From Chloroflexota bacterium (GTDB taxonomy: Bacteria; Chloroflexota; Limnocylindria; Limnocylindrales; CSP1-4), in contig JANMQO010000163.1 in assembly GCA_031370565.1 (NCBI GenBank), positions 7,576-71,575 on the forward strand: a DNA stretch of 64,000 nucleotides, written 5' to 3'. Below the pieces are notes generated by a model, which saw only the letters and a program-made list of their open reading frames with translations, did no database searches and was not told the DNA's origin. The translations under genes and the position numbers were made by a program. Below are positions 1-9,143 of the stretch, piece by piece. Each line of letters starts with the position of its first letter. Within the stretch, counting starts at the first letter, position 1.

Positions 1-383
1 AGGACCCGCGACAGGTCGCCCGGCGCGAGCTGGGCCAGCTTCTTCGCGAGCGCCACCGCCGGGCGGTTCGTGTAGCGCCGGGTCGAGAACGGCAGAGCGT
101 CGAGCTGGGCCTTGATCGCCGCGATGACGGCCGGATTGCCGAAGCCGACCTGGTGGACGCTGTTGCCGTGGAAGTCGAGGTAGCGACGGCCTTCCAGATC
201 GATGAGCTCTGCGCCCTCGGCCCCCGACAAGGCGTTGAGGCAGGGCGTCGACAGCGTCTGGTGAAGGAAGTAGCGAGCATCCTCATCGAGGAGATCCTGC
301 GTCTCGCGGTCGAGGTTCGCCGCCTGCCAGGCCGCCCGGCGCCGGTCGCGGTTCGAATCGCCCTCCGCCAGGGGCCGAGCCAC
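1..383 (-). CDS. class-III (aspartate aminotransferase family) PLP aminotransferase, N-terminal part; gene runs off the window start
   Basis: Reverse-strand translation of 1-383 reads ...NRDRRRAAWQAANLDRETQDLLDEDARYFLHQTLSTPCLNALSGAEGAELIDLEGRRYLDFHGNSVHQVGFGNPAVIAAIKAQLDALPF..., a typical N-terminal block of class-III transaminases. It is absent from the ORF track because it is truncated at the edge. The start is not fixed (GTG at 383 is one candidate). Confidence 0.55.
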   Translation of the reverse strand, partial: MARPLAEGDSNRDRRRAAWQAANLDRETQDLLDEDARYFLHQTLSTPCLNALSGAEGAELIDLEGRRYLDFHGNSVHQVGFGNPAVIAAIKAQLDALPFSTRRYTNRPAVALAKKLAQLAPGDLSRV

Positions 384-460
384 GTCCGCGGGGGACGCAC
401 CACCAAGCGGTTCGGTCCGCCGGAGCGGCGCTGGGCCATGCCGTCCAGTTTCCGCGCTGG

Positions 461-1354
461 TCACGGGCGATCGCCTCGCCCGAGCCGCCGCTCGATATCG
501 TCGACGACGGGGATGACGTCGGCGATCGACTCGACCACGTAGTGAGCACCCTGGCGGCGGAGGAGGTCGTCGGCGTCGGCGACGAGCGCCTCCTGCTCCT
601 GGACCGGCAAGGCGAAGAAGTCGTCCTCGTTGCGTCCGACGTAGTTCCCGGTCCGCGATACGCCGACCGTCCAGCAGCCGGCGTTGATGCCCTCGTCGAT
701 GTCGATCTTCGTGTCTCCGATCTTGACGACGGCGGCCGGCGGGAAGACACCCAGGATCTCCATGTTCCGGAGGACCATCCACGGTTCCGGGCGACCGGCC
801 GGGACTTCGTCGGCGCAGACCGTGGCATCCGCCCAGAAGCCCTGCCGGCGCGCCTCGGTGGCCGCGATGTCGGCCGCCGCCCGCGTGTAGCCCGTCGTCG
901 ACCCGATCCTGCAGCCGCGCCGGCGCAACTCGTCGACCGTCTCGACCGTGCCCGGGATGAGCGTCGCGTAGGTCGTCATGGCCGCTTCCTGCATCGGCTT
1001 GAAGTCCTCGAACATCTTCCGGACGTCGTCCTCCGTGCACGGCCTGCCATGGACGCCTTGCCAGGCCGTGGCGACCTCAGGATCCGTGGCGATCGCCCGA
1101 ATGTGGTCCAGCTTGAACAGTCCCATCGGTCGGCGGGCCTGGGCCATGGTGAGTTGGACGCCGTAGTCGCGGAAGAGGTCGATGAACACGACCGACGGCG
1201 CGAAGACACCATGGTCCTGGGTCGTGCCGGCCCAGTCGAGGATGACGGCCTGGACCGGGCCGCGGTACTCGCGCCGGTAGGTGAACCGGCCGGATCGCTC
1301 GTGCCCGAGCCACGGGTAGCGGGCGACCGGGAACGACTCGGAGGGGGTGATCAT
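461..1354 (-). CDS. phnX: phosphonoacetaldehyde hydrolase (phosphonatase), HAD superfamily
   Basis: HAD motif I VILDWAGTTQD, and the C-terminal VKIGDTKIDIDEGINAGCWTVGVS motif. ATG at 1354 (MITPSES...) is preceded by a perfect AAGGAG SD. The upstream in-frame Met residues in the track ORF lack an SD. Confidence 0.85.
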   Translation of the reverse strand: MITPSESFPVARYPWLGHERSGRFTYRREYRGPVQAVILDWAGTTQDHGVFAPSVVFIDLFRDYGVQLTMAQARRPMGLFKLDHIRAIATDPEVATAWQGVHGRPCTEDDVRKMFEDFKPMQEAAMTTYATLIPGTVETVDELRRRGCRIGSTTGYTRAAADIAATEARRQGFWADATVCADEVPAGRPEPWMVLRNMEILGVFPPAAVVKIGDTKIDIDEGINAGCWTVGVSRTGNYVGRNEDDFFALPVQEQEALVADADDLLRRQGAHYVVESIADVIPVVDDIERRLGRGDRP

Positions 1355-1417
1355 CGGGATGGTCTCCTTGTTCATGCCGAGAGAACGGTTGGGCTGGTCA
1401 GGGTCGGGTGGATCCAA

Positions 1418-3025
1418 TCAGAGAACGGTCGTGGGCGGTCGGATGTCTTCGATGGCTCGCTCGAGGGAGGCGATGAAGCCCTCCAGCGCGCCGATCTCGA
1501 GCGCCCCGAGCGCGCACACGCGGAAGCCGGTGGTCGCGGCCGTCCCGAGGCCCGCGTAGATGACATAGCCGTCGCGCTTCACGGCGTCGTGGAGCTGCTC
1601 GTAGGTGCTACCGGTCGGTAGCGGCAGGCTGCGAACCGAGGCGGAGCGGTAGGCGGGCTCCACGATCGGCTCGAGGCCGAGCCGCGCGAACTCCCCATCG
1701 AGATAGGCCATCCGGGCCCGGTAGTGCTCCCGCCGGTGCTCGACGCCCTCGTCGAGCAGCTCATCGAGCGCGGCATCGAGCGCGTAGATGGCCGGCGTGG
1801 CCGGCGTGAATGGCACCGTTCGCTTCGCCTGGGCCCGCAGGTAGTTCGGGATGTCGAAGTAGAGCGAACGCGGCGGAACGTCTGTCGCGCGTGCCTGGGC
1901 TCGCGGTGAGAGCAGGACGAAGGCCACCCCCGGAAGACCGTGGAGACACTTGTTCGACGTGCCGGCGACGATGTCGATGCCGGATTCCACGATCCGGAGC
2001 TCCTCGGCACCGAACGAGCTGATCGCGTCGGTGATGACCAGGACATTGCGGTCGTTGGCGACCGCGGCGATGTCATGGACAGGGTTGAGCAGTCCGGTGG
2101 TCGTCTCGTGGTGGACGATTGCCACAGCATCGATCGGGGCTCCCCCGTCGAGCATGGCCGCGACCAGCGCGGGGTGGATCGGCTCGACATGTGGGCTGGT
2201 CAAGGGAGCGACCTCGACGCCCAGGCGATCAGCGATCGTGGCGATCCGCTCGCCATAGACACCGTTCTGGCAGACGAGGAGCTTCCGCCCGGGTCGGACG
2301 AGCGCCCCGGTCATCGCCTCCAGTGCGGCCGTCCCGCTCCCGGCGATGAGGGCAACGGCCCAGTCGTCACCGACACCCGCGACGTGCAGGAGCTTCGAGC
2401 GGACGGCCGAGAAGAGCGCCTCGTACTCCGGTTCTCGGTGGCACAGGTCCGGGCCGGAGATGGCCCGGTGGACCCGGTCGCTGACCACGGCGGGGCCCGG
2501 GTTGAGCAGCACCCGTTGCCGGTGGGCACGTCCACTGGCGTAGCGCTCGGCATCCACGGCCGCAAAGCCACTGGCCTCGACGATGAGGTCAGGCTGACCC
2601 GCCAGGAGTTGCCGACGGGCCGTGGGATCGGCCGGCGCAAGGCCGACGATCGCGCCCGCTCCTGCGCGGTGACCCGCCTCGAGCACCGCGACCGAGCCGC
2701 CCAGAACTCCCAGGCGGCGCGCGTCCCCGAGGCCGGCCGTCTCCAGGGCCCGGAACAGGCCGAAGGGCGTCGGGGCCGCCGGCCCATCGACGACGTGGTC
2801 GGCGAGCCCTCGTTCTCGGGACGTCGCCGGGCGGGCCGCGATGACCGCCACCCGGGCGCCATCCCGTCGAGCCTGTGCGAGCGCACCGGTCAGCGTCTCC
2901 AGGGTGACCCGATCGAGGTCACCCGCGAAGACCGCCCAGAGATCGATGGCCCGGTCGGTCGCCCAGCGCCGAGCCGTGGCCGCGCTGTCTGCGTACGGCA
3001 TCCGCTTCCTCCAGAGATCGCCCAT
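1418..3025 (-). CDS. phnW: 2-aminoethylphosphonate--pyruvate transaminase (class-V aminotransferase) with an N-terminal ~170-aa degenerate HAD-like half-domain
   Basis: C-terminal 370 aa match class-V AT/PhnW (RVLLNPGPAVVSDRV..., TSNKCLHGLPG PLP-lysine motif). The N-terminal domain resembles the C-terminal half of PhnX but lacks the catalytic Asp residues. An alternative start at 3001 (MPYADS...) has an AGGAAG SD. Confidence 0.85.
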   Translation of the reverse strand: MGDLWRKRMPYADSAATARRWATDRAIDLWAVFAGDLDRVTLETLTGALAQARRDGARVAVIAARPATSRERGLADHVVDGPAAPTPFGLFRALETAGLGDARRLGVLGGSVAVLEAGHRAGAGAIVGLAPADPTARRQLLAGQPDLIVEASGFAAVDAERYASGRAHRQRVLLNPGPAVVSDRVHRAISGPDLCHREPEYEALFSAVRSKLLHVAGVGDDWAVALIAGSGTAALEAMTGALVRPGRKLLVCQNGVYGERIATIADRLGVEVAPLTSPHVEPIHPALVAAMLDGGAPIDAVAIVHHETTTGLLNPVHDIAAVANDRNVLVITDAISSFGAEELRIVESGIDIVAGTSNKCLHGLPGVAFVLLSPRAQARATDVPPRSLYFDIPNYLRAQAKRTVPFTPATPAIYALDAALDELLDEGVEHRREHYRARMAYLDGEFARLGLEPIVEPAYRSASVRSLPLPTGSTYEQLHDAVKRDGYVIYAGLGTAATTGFRVCALGALEIGALEGFIASLERAIEDIRPPTTVL

Positions 3026-3111
3026 CGTCGCCGGACGGCGACAGTGACTGCGCCACGGCCGAACCGTACCGAGACTTGGTCAACGTCTCGTTGCTGGGCG
3101 GTCGTGGTGCT

Positions 3112-3139
3112 GTTCACAGAACACAAATCCGGCGTTCAC
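3112..3139. promoter_or_regulatory. candidate PHO box: two GTTCAC direct repeats spaced 22 nt (two 11-nt units) in the phnW / phnS-like divergent promoter region
   Basis: The sequence tGTTCACagaacacaaatccggcGTTCACccggt lies in the 226-bp divergent intergenic region. GTTCACC 11-nt direct-repeat units are the actinobacterial PhoP/RegX3-type PHO box consensus. Confidence 0.35.
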
Positions 3140-3251
3140 CCGGTGCCCCGAAGGTGACCGACGGGACACCTCACCGGGTGTCCTCGCAGCCGGGCACGCG
3201 CGCGGACCACTGACCGTCGCGTGCTGACACGCCGCTAGAGGGAGATGCACG

Positions 3252-4352
3252 TTGAAGCTCAAGGGAACCCGACTGCTCGCGCTGGGGGCGGCAGGCCTGC
3301 TCATGGTCAACGCCTGTAGCAGCGGCGCCGGCGACTGGAAGGCAGCCGCCGACAAGACCAAGGCCGCGGAGCAGGCCAAGACGTTCGCGACCTACGGGGC
3401 TCCGAACGACTGGGCCAACTACGGCGAGGAGTTCGCCCAGTTCTGCTCGACCAACGGATTCACCTGCAACCCGAGCCGCTCGCTCGGCGAGGACATGTCG
3501 TCCGCCGAGGAGATCACGGCCTTCGACGCCGAGAAGAACAACCCGAAGGCCGGTCTGGCCGACATCGGGATCCTGTTCGCGAGCCAGGCCGAGGCCAAGG
3601 GCGTCCTGCCCGCCTACACCCCGTCGACCGCCGGGAACCTGGCGGCCTACCTCAAGGGCGCCAAAGGCGGCTGGGTCGCCACCTTCGTGGGCGTCCCGGG
3701 CTTCGTTGTCAACACCGACGTTCTGAAGTCGAAGAACATCGCCGTCCCCACGACCTGGGCGGACCTCGCCAAGGCCGACTACAAGGGCCTCGTCGGGCTC
3801 GGCAAGCCGGGCTCGTCGGGCACGGCCACGATGGCCTTCGTGGCGATGAACCTGGCCGCCGGCGGCACCATGGAGGACTACACCAAGGGCATTGCCTACG
3901 CCAAGGCGATGGTCAAGAACCTGGCCTCCTCCGAGGGCAACGCGGACACGTTCGAGAAGGGCGAAGTCCCGATCCAGATCAAGTACGACTTCAACCTCAT
4001 CGCGCTGGCCAGCAAGATGAAGGCCAAGAACGTCGGCGCCCAGGTGGTCATCCCGACCGACGGCTCGATCTACGCCCCGTCGGCGATCATCGCCAACACG
4101 TACGACACGGCCCACATGGACTTCGACGAGATGTTCATGGACTGGGTCCTCAGCGACCAGGGCCAGACCATCTTCGCCAAGTTCGGCGCCCGCCCGATCC
4201 GGTACGTCTCCGGCGACCTCACGCTGCCGGCCGACGCGAAGACCCTGTGGCTCCCGGACGACCAGTACAAGGCCGTCCAGCTGGTCGACACGTCGAAGAT
4301 CGACCTCGCCAAGATCGCCGATATCTGGCAGAACCAGGTCACGGCGCCCTGA
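3252..4352 (+). CDS. ABC transporter substrate-binding lipoprotein (Fe3+/polyamine-type SBP family; PhnS-like 2-aminoethylphosphonate binding protein by context)
   Basis: TTG start with a GAGGGAG SD. Signal peptide with lipobox LMVNAC. The fold is SBP family 1. It heads the operon with two permeases and an ATPase, divergent from phnWX. Confidence 0.8.
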   Translation: MKLKGTRLLALGAAGLLMVNACSSGAGDWKAAADKTKAAEQAKTFATYGAPNDWANYGEEFAQFCSTNGFTCNPSRSLGEDMSSAEEITAFDAEKNNPKAGLADIGILFASQAEAKGVLPAYTPSTAGNLAAYLKGAKGGWVATFVGVPGFVVNTDVLKSKNIAVPTTWADLAKADYKGLVGLGKPGSSGTATMAFVAMNLAAGGTMEDYTKGIAYAKAMVKNLASSEGNADTFEKGEVPIQIKYDFNLIALASKMKAKNVGAQVVIPTDGSIYAPSAIIANTYDTAHMDFDEMFMDWVLSDQGQTIFAKFGARPIRYVSGDLTLPADAKTLWLPDDQYKAVQLVDTSKIDLAKIADIWQNQVTAP

Positions 4353-4381
4353 GGCACCCGACTCAGCTCTGACGGACCGAC

Positions 4382-5323
4382 GTGAAGGCGCAGCAGCCGA
4401 CCGCCCCTGCCGCCGACCAGGCGACGGGGACGGCCGCGCCTCTGGGTGTGTCGGCTCCGGAGGCGACCCCGGCGGGTCGCCTCCGCTCCTTTGGCGCGGC
4501 CTGGGGCCCCGCCATCCCGCTCCTCATGCTGGTCGGTGCCTGCCTGCTCGGGCCCGCCATCGTCCTGGTGGCCCAGACCGTCTGGGGTGCGAGCGGCTTC
4601 ACCCTTGACAACTGGACGAAGGTGCTCGGCCAGGCCGCGAACCAGGATGCCATCGTCACCAGCCTCGAGCTGGCGGTCGTGTCGGCCAGCGCGACCCTCA
4701 TCATCGGGTCACCGGTCGCCTGGCTCGTCAGCCGGATGCTCGCCGGCCCACGGGCGTTCTGGCTGGGCCTGCTCAACGTCGCCGCGAACTTCGGCGGGAT
4801 CGGCCTCGCGTTCGCCTACCTCGCGACGCTCGGCGTGGTGGGCATGCTGACGCTCGCCATCCAGGCCTTGGGGATCGCCTTCGAACCGCCCCGCTCGAGC
4901 TCGTTCATTGCCCTCCTGTTTGCCTACGAGTACACCAACATCCCGCTGTTCGTGCTGCTGACGATCCCCGCCATGGGCGTCGTCCGGGACGACTGGTGGG
5001 AGGCGGCCCAGACCGCGTCCGCCACCCGACAGCAGTTCTGGCGGCGGGTGGGCCTGCCGATCCTGACCCCGTTCCTGGTCGGCGGCTGGATCCTCATCTT
5101 CACCTGGTCGATCGGGATCTACGGCATCGCCTACGGTCTGGCCGGCCAGTCGGGCGGGACGGCCGTCCACCTGATCACGCTCCAGATCGGGAACTCGCTG
5201 CAGTCCGACGTCCTGTTCGGGCCGGCCGGGGCGGGAGTCCTCGCCGTCGTCCTGATGGCGATCGCCACGGTCTCGCTGCTGACCTACCGGGCGCTCCTCC
5301 GGCGCGCCCTGCGCTGGTTCTGA
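4382..5323 (+). CDS. ABC transporter permease (PhnU/PhnV-like)
   Basis: Multi-TM protein of the BPD_transp_1 type, immediately downstream of the SBP. Confidence 0.8.
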   Translation: MKAQQPTAPAADQATGTAAPLGVSAPEATPAGRLRSFGAAWGPAIPLLMLVGACLLGPAIVLVAQTVWGASGFTLDNWTKVLGQAANQDAIVTSLELAVVSASATLIIGSPVAWLVSRMLAGPRAFWLGLLNVAANFGGIGLAFAYLATLGVVGMLTLAIQALGIAFEPPRSSSFIALLFAYEYTNIPLFVLLTIPAMGVVRDDWWEAAQTASATRQQFWRRVGLPILTPFLVGGWILIFTWSIGIYGIAYGLAGQSGGTAVHLITLQIGNSLQSDVLFGPAGAGVLAVVLMAIATVSLLTYRALLRRALRWF

Positions 5324-5333
5324 GGTCGCCAAT

Positions 5334-6230
5334 GTGACCACGATCGCCGCCGCCAACCGCGCTCCGGACTCCGTCCGTCGGCGGCCGTCCACGACCCGCT
5401 GGGCCCAGCGGCTGCTGTTCGTCGGGTTGTTCGTCTACTTCCTGCTGCCGATGGTCGCGGTGGTCATCTACTCGCTGGCCACCCGCTGGACGGCCCACAT
5501 CCTGCCCGACGGGTACACGCTCGACTGGTGGAGCCGGGTCTTCAGCGACCCGACGGTCGTGGGCGCCTTCGGTACGACCCTCGTCCTGGCCACGCTCACC
5601 GCGATCCTCGACATCGCCCTGGTCGTGCCGGCTGCCTACTGGGCCCGGGTCCGCAACCCGCGGATCCGGCCGGTGATCGAGCTGGCCGCGGCGATCCCGT
5701 TCGCGCTGCCCTACCTGGTCATCGGCTTCGCCCTGCTCCAGTTCGCCGGCGTCGTGGTGCCGGGACTCCAGGGCACGTTCCCGCTCCTCGTCCTCGGCCA
5801 CGCCGCGATCGCCTTCCCGTTTCTCTATTGGGCGGTCGACGGGGCGATGGCCGCGGCCGGGATCGAGCGACTCTCCGAAGCGGCCGAGACGTGTGGCGCC
5901 AGCCCGTTCCAGATCGTCCGACGGGTCGTGCTGCCGAACATCACGCCCGGGATCGTGAGCGGCGCGCTCCTCGCCTTTGCAACGAGCTTCGGCGAGTTCG
6001 CCATGGTCCAGACGGTCGCCCGGGGCGTGTACACGATCCCGATCTGGAGCGCCGCGGCGATCCGCTCCTACTCCGGCGAGCCGGGCTCGTTCAACCGCCT
6101 GGCCGCGGTGACCACGATCAGCTTCGTCGTGCTGTTCGTCCTGTCCGCGATCGTGGTCTACTGGAACCGCGGGCAGACAGTCCGGATCTTGGCGGGCGCT
6201 CGTGCCATCGAACAGCGGGAGGGCACATGA
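5334..6230 (+). CDS. ABC transporter permease (second membrane subunit)
   Basis: Multi-TM permease with an EAA-like loop region. Its stop overlaps the ATPase start (ATGA). Confidence 0.8.
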   Translation: MTTIAAANRAPDSVRRRPSTTRWAQRLLFVGLFVYFLLPMVAVVIYSLATRWTAHILPDGYTLDWWSRVFSDPTVVGAFGTTLVLATLTAILDIALVVPAAYWARVRNPRIRPVIELAAAIPFALPYLVIGFALLQFAGVVVPGLQGTFPLLVLGHAAIAFPFLYWAVDGAMAAAGIERLSEAAETCGASPFQIVRRVVLPNITPGIVSGALLAFATSFGEFAMVQTVARGVYTIPIWSAAAIRSYSGEPGSFNRLAAVTTISFVVLFVLSAIVVYWNRGQTVRILAGARAIEQREGT

Positions 6231-7270
6231 GTGGCGTCACGCTCGAGCGGGTCACCAAGACGTTCGGCCAGGTCCGGGCGCTCGACGTCGTCTCGTTCGA
6301 GATCGAGTCCGGCGAGCTGCTCGCCCTGCTCGGGCCGTCCGGTTGTGGCAAAACGACGCTCCTGCGCTCGGTCGCGGGCCTCGAGAAGCCGACGAGCGGG
6401 CGGATCCTCATCGCCGGTCGCGATGTGACATTCGTCCCGACCCGCGAGCGCCCGATCGGGATGGTCTTCCAGAGCTACGCGCTCTTCCCGAACCTGTCGG
6501 TCCGCCAGAACATCGCCTTCCCTCTCGAGGTCCGCAAGCGTCCGGCCGCCGAGGTGGCGAGGCGGGTCGACGAGCTGCTCGATCTCGTCCGACTGGTGCC
6601 CCAGGCCGATCGCTATCCGAACCAGATCTCGGGCGGTCAGGCGCAGCGCTGCGCCCTCGGTCGGGCCCTGGCCCCGAGTCCGGAAGTGCTCCTGCTCGAC
6701 GAGCCGCTCTCCGCGCTCGATGCGCTCGTACGGACCCGGCTCCGTGACGAGATCCGGCGGGTCCAGCAGCTGGTCAAGACGACGGCGATCTACGTCACCC
6801 ACGACCAGTCCGAGGCGATGGCGATCGCCGACCGGGTGGCCGTGATGAACCACGGGCGGGTCGAGCAGATCGCCCGGCCCCTCGAACTGTACGAGCAGCC
6901 GACCACCCGGTTCGCGGCGACGTTCGTGGGGAGCCGCAACGCGCTCGAGCTGCCGGTCATGAACGGGCGGATCCAGCTCAGCGGCGCGTTCGACATGCCC
7001 GCACCGGCTGGTGCCACGGACCGCGCGGTCGCCTTCTTCCGGCCGGAGGACGTAGAGGTCTCGACCGATGGCTCCGGCCACCAGGCGACGCTGGAGGTGA
7101 AGATCTTCCTCGGAGCGACGACCCGCCTGCACCTGGTGACGGACGTGGACGGTCGGCCTGCCCGGTTCTACGCGGACCTGCCGAGCCGGCGTGCCCTCGC
7201 GTTCGAGCCGGGATCGCCGCTTGCTGTCCAGGTTGATCCCGCCCACGTCACGGCGTTTGCGGCCGACTGA
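6227..7270 (+). CDS. ABC transporter ATP-binding protein with C-terminal TOBE-like domain (PhnT/PotA/FbpC type)
   Basis: Walker A GPSGCGKTT, signature ISGGQAQRCALGRAL, Walker B LLLDEPLSALD. Start is at the internal ATG 6227 with a GGGAGG SD. The 580-aa track ORF upstream extension overlaps the permease. Confidence 0.85.
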   Translation: MSGVTLERVTKTFGQVRALDVVSFEIESGELLALLGPSGCGKTTLLRSVAGLEKPTSGRILIAGRDVTFVPTRERPIGMVFQSYALFPNLSVRQNIAFPLEVRKRPAAEVARRVDELLDLVRLVPQADRYPNQISGGQAQRCALGRALAPSPEVLLLDEPLSALDALVRTRLRDEIRRVQQLVKTTAIYVTHDQSEAMAIADRVAVMNHGRVEQIARPLELYEQPTTRFAATFVGSRNALELPVMNGRIQLSGAFDMPAPAGATDRAVAFFRPEDVEVSTDGSGHQATLEVKIFLGATTRLHLVTDVDGRPARFYADLPSRRALAFEPGSPLAVQVDPAHVTAFAAD

Positions 7271-7291
7271 GCACGATACGACGCACGTGCC

Positions 7292-7329
7292 GCGTTTGGG
7301 TTCGTAGCCACCGCCACGAACCCAACGCC
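7292..7329. terminator. GC-rich hairpin between convergent genes (putative bidirectional terminator)
   Basis: gcgtttgggttcgt-agccaccgcc-acgaacccaacgc gives a ~13-bp stem with one bulge. There is no U-tract, which is common at this GC content. Confidence 0.35.
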
Positions 7330-7474
7330 GTCGACGCCCCCGCCCCCGCCCGAGCCGACGCAGCCGACGAGCAGGTGGACCGAGGTCGAGCCGATGTCGA
7401 CCGCGGCGGCGCAGCTGCCGGCGACGCCGGGAGCCGAGACTGTCACGGAGCGGCCAGGAGGGTCGGTCGGCGGG

Positions 7475-8014
7475 TCACGCGTCGGTGGTCGGATCGGTCG
7501 GTAGCGACGCCTGGACCGCTGGCGCGGCGCGGGATCGTCGGGCCGCTGGGCCGACCGGCGAGGCTGGCTTGGGCGCTCGCGTGCGGACCACCCGAGCGGC
7601 TGCGGTCGTGCTGTCGGACGCAGGCTCGGTCGCCCGGCCGGTCGCCCGGTCGCGCGTCGCCGGCTTGGGCGATCGTGGCGCCGGCTGGCTGGCCGCAGCA
7701 CGGACCGCGCCCGCTGCCTCGTGGGCCACATCCTTGACGACCTGGCCGGCCTGGGCCCGGGCGTTGGCCACGATCAACTCGGACAGCTCGGTGAGGAGCG
7801 TCTCGATCTCCGCCACCTCGGCGTGGGCGGCACTCAGCTGGGCCGCCCGCCGGGCCACCGCGTCGCCGCTCGCGCTGGCCTGCTGGCGGGTCCGCTTGGC
7901 CGCTTCGGTCCGGGCTCGTTCGAGCCGTCGCTCCAGTCGGCCGAGCAGCTTCCAGGCCCTGCGAAAGGCCGTGTCCGCCGTGTTGCGCCGCCGCTTCGCG
8001 TCCGCTTTCGCCAT
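7475..8014 (-). CDS. hypothetical protein, N-terminal coiled coil and Ala/Pro-rich disordered tail
   Basis: GAGGTG SD 9 nt upstream of the ATG. Residues are MAKADAKRRRNTADTAFRRAWKLLGRLERRLERARTEAAKR... No family was recognised. Confidence 0.5.
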   Translation of the reverse strand: MAKADAKRRRNTADTAFRRAWKLLGRLERRLERARTEAAKRTRQQASASGDAVARRAAQLSAAHAEVAEIETLLTELSELIVANARAQAGQVVKDVAHEAAGAVRAAASQPAPRSPKPATRDRATGRATEPASDSTTAAARVVRTRAPKPASPVGPAARRSRAAPAVQASLPTDPTTDA

Positions 8015-8120
8015 GGTTTCAGATCACCTCTGTGGGAGCGCCGGTCAACCCGTTGCGCGCATCGTGCCATCTTCGCGCGCGATCTGGGCTGGTGACGGCG
8101 ACCGCTGCGTGCCGGAACAC

Positions 8121-8153
8121 GAGGGCCCGGCCAGAGGAGCGGGCCGGGCCCTC
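8121..8153. terminator. strong GC hairpin downstream of the MerR-ArsC gene
   Basis: gagggcccggcc-agaggagcg-ggccgggccctc is a perfect 12-bp stem. Confidence 0.4.
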
Positions 8154-8235
8154 GGTCCGACGAGCAGCCGAAGCGTGGGAGGCGCTCGGCCGGGTGGCAA
8201 ACGGTGGGTACGGCTACCAGCCTGCCGAGGTCGTG

Positions 8236-9135
8236 TTAGCGGCGTGTGTCCGGCTCGTCAACGAGCGCCCTGGCGCCGTCACTAGCCGAACCTGCCGCCC
8301 GGGCCAGCCTGCTGGGCCTCCGGTCGGCGGCCCGCAGGGCGACCTCGATGAAGGGTCGGATCCGCATCGCAACCTCGAGACGGGTCCGGCGAAAGGCCTC
8401 CAGTCGCTCGGCGTCCGTGCCCTCCACCTCGGCCGGATCGTCGAGCCCCCAGTGCAGCGAGTTGTACGACCCGGGAAAGACTGGACAGCTTTCCCGGGCA
8501 CGGTCGCAGACGGTGATGACGTAGTCGAAACGTTCGTCGAGGACGTCACTGATGGGCCGGCTGCGAGCGCCAGACCAGTCGATGCCGATCTCGCCCAGCG
8601 CCTGGACGGTGTAGGAGTTGACCCCCTTGGGTTCCGTGCCGGCGGAAGCGACCTCGAAGTCCGGACCCCCGTAGTGGGCCAACAGCGCCTGGGCGATCTG
8701 GCTCCGGGCGCTGTTCCCGGTGCACACGAACAGGACCCGGATCGGAGCGGCGGTCATGGTGGCGTCCTCTCTGGCCGCCCGGGCGCGGCCGGCGGCATCA
8801 ATCGTGAGCTCGATGTCGACGAGCTCGGCTTCCAGTCGGTCGAGGTCATCGCGCTGGCGCGCGATCGCGCTGCGCTGCGTGGCGATGAGCGGTGCCAGGT
8901 CGAGGTCAAGCCCACCCCGTTCCAGACACAGCCGGGCGATCCGGCCGGCATCTTCGGGACCGAGCCCGAGTCGACGCAGGGTGATGACCAGGCGCAGCCG
9001 CGCCAGATCGTCCTGCGTGTACTCGCGGTAGCCGTTGTCGCGGCGAAGCGGGCGCGGCAGGACGCCCACCGACTCATACCAGCGCACCGCGGACGGAGCG
9101 ATGCCGGCACGCCGACCGAGCTCGGAGACCTTCAT
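8236..9135 (-). CDS. MerR-family HTH regulator fused in one ORF to a low-molecular-weight-PTP-type arsenate reductase (ArsC)
   Basis: N-terminal MKVSELGRRAGIAPSAVRWYESVGVL...GYREYTQDDLARLRLVITLRRLGL is a MerR HTH plus a coiled-coil dimerisation helix. The C-terminal IRVLFVCTGNSARSQIAQALL...DYVITVCD is the LMW-PTP/ArsC CX5R P-loop fold. There is no stop codon between the two halves. Confidence 0.8.
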   Translation of the reverse strand: MKVSELGRRAGIAPSAVRWYESVGVLPRPLRRDNGYREYTQDDLARLRLVITLRRLGLGPEDAGRIARLCLERGGLDLDLAPLIATQRSAIARQRDDLDRLEAELVDIELTIDAAGRARAAREDATMTAAPIRVLFVCTGNSARSQIAQALLAHYGGPDFEVASAGTEPKGVNSYTVQALGEIGIDWSGARSRPISDVLDERFDYVITVCDRARESCPVFPGSYNSLHWGLDDPAEVEGTDAERLEAFRRTRLEVAMRIRPFIEVALRAADRRPSRLARAAGSASDGARALVDEPDTRR

Positions 9136-9143
9136 GACGCAAC

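Noticed and set aside
335-360. tRNA-like T-loop sequence GGTTCGAATCG
   Set aside because: It lies inside the class-III aminotransferase coding frame. The flanking sequence cannot form the T-stem or acceptor stem.
5528-6226. N-terminal 233-codon extension of the ABC ATPase ORF in the track
   Set aside because: It overlaps the preceding permease. The ATPase fold begins at the internal ATG 6227, which has a GGGAGG SD and ATGA coupling.
8236-9135. Interpreting MerR and ArsC as two separate adjacent genes
   Set aside because: There is no stop codon between the domains in the printed sequence. Internal initiation at MTAAP remains possible but the default reading is a fusion.
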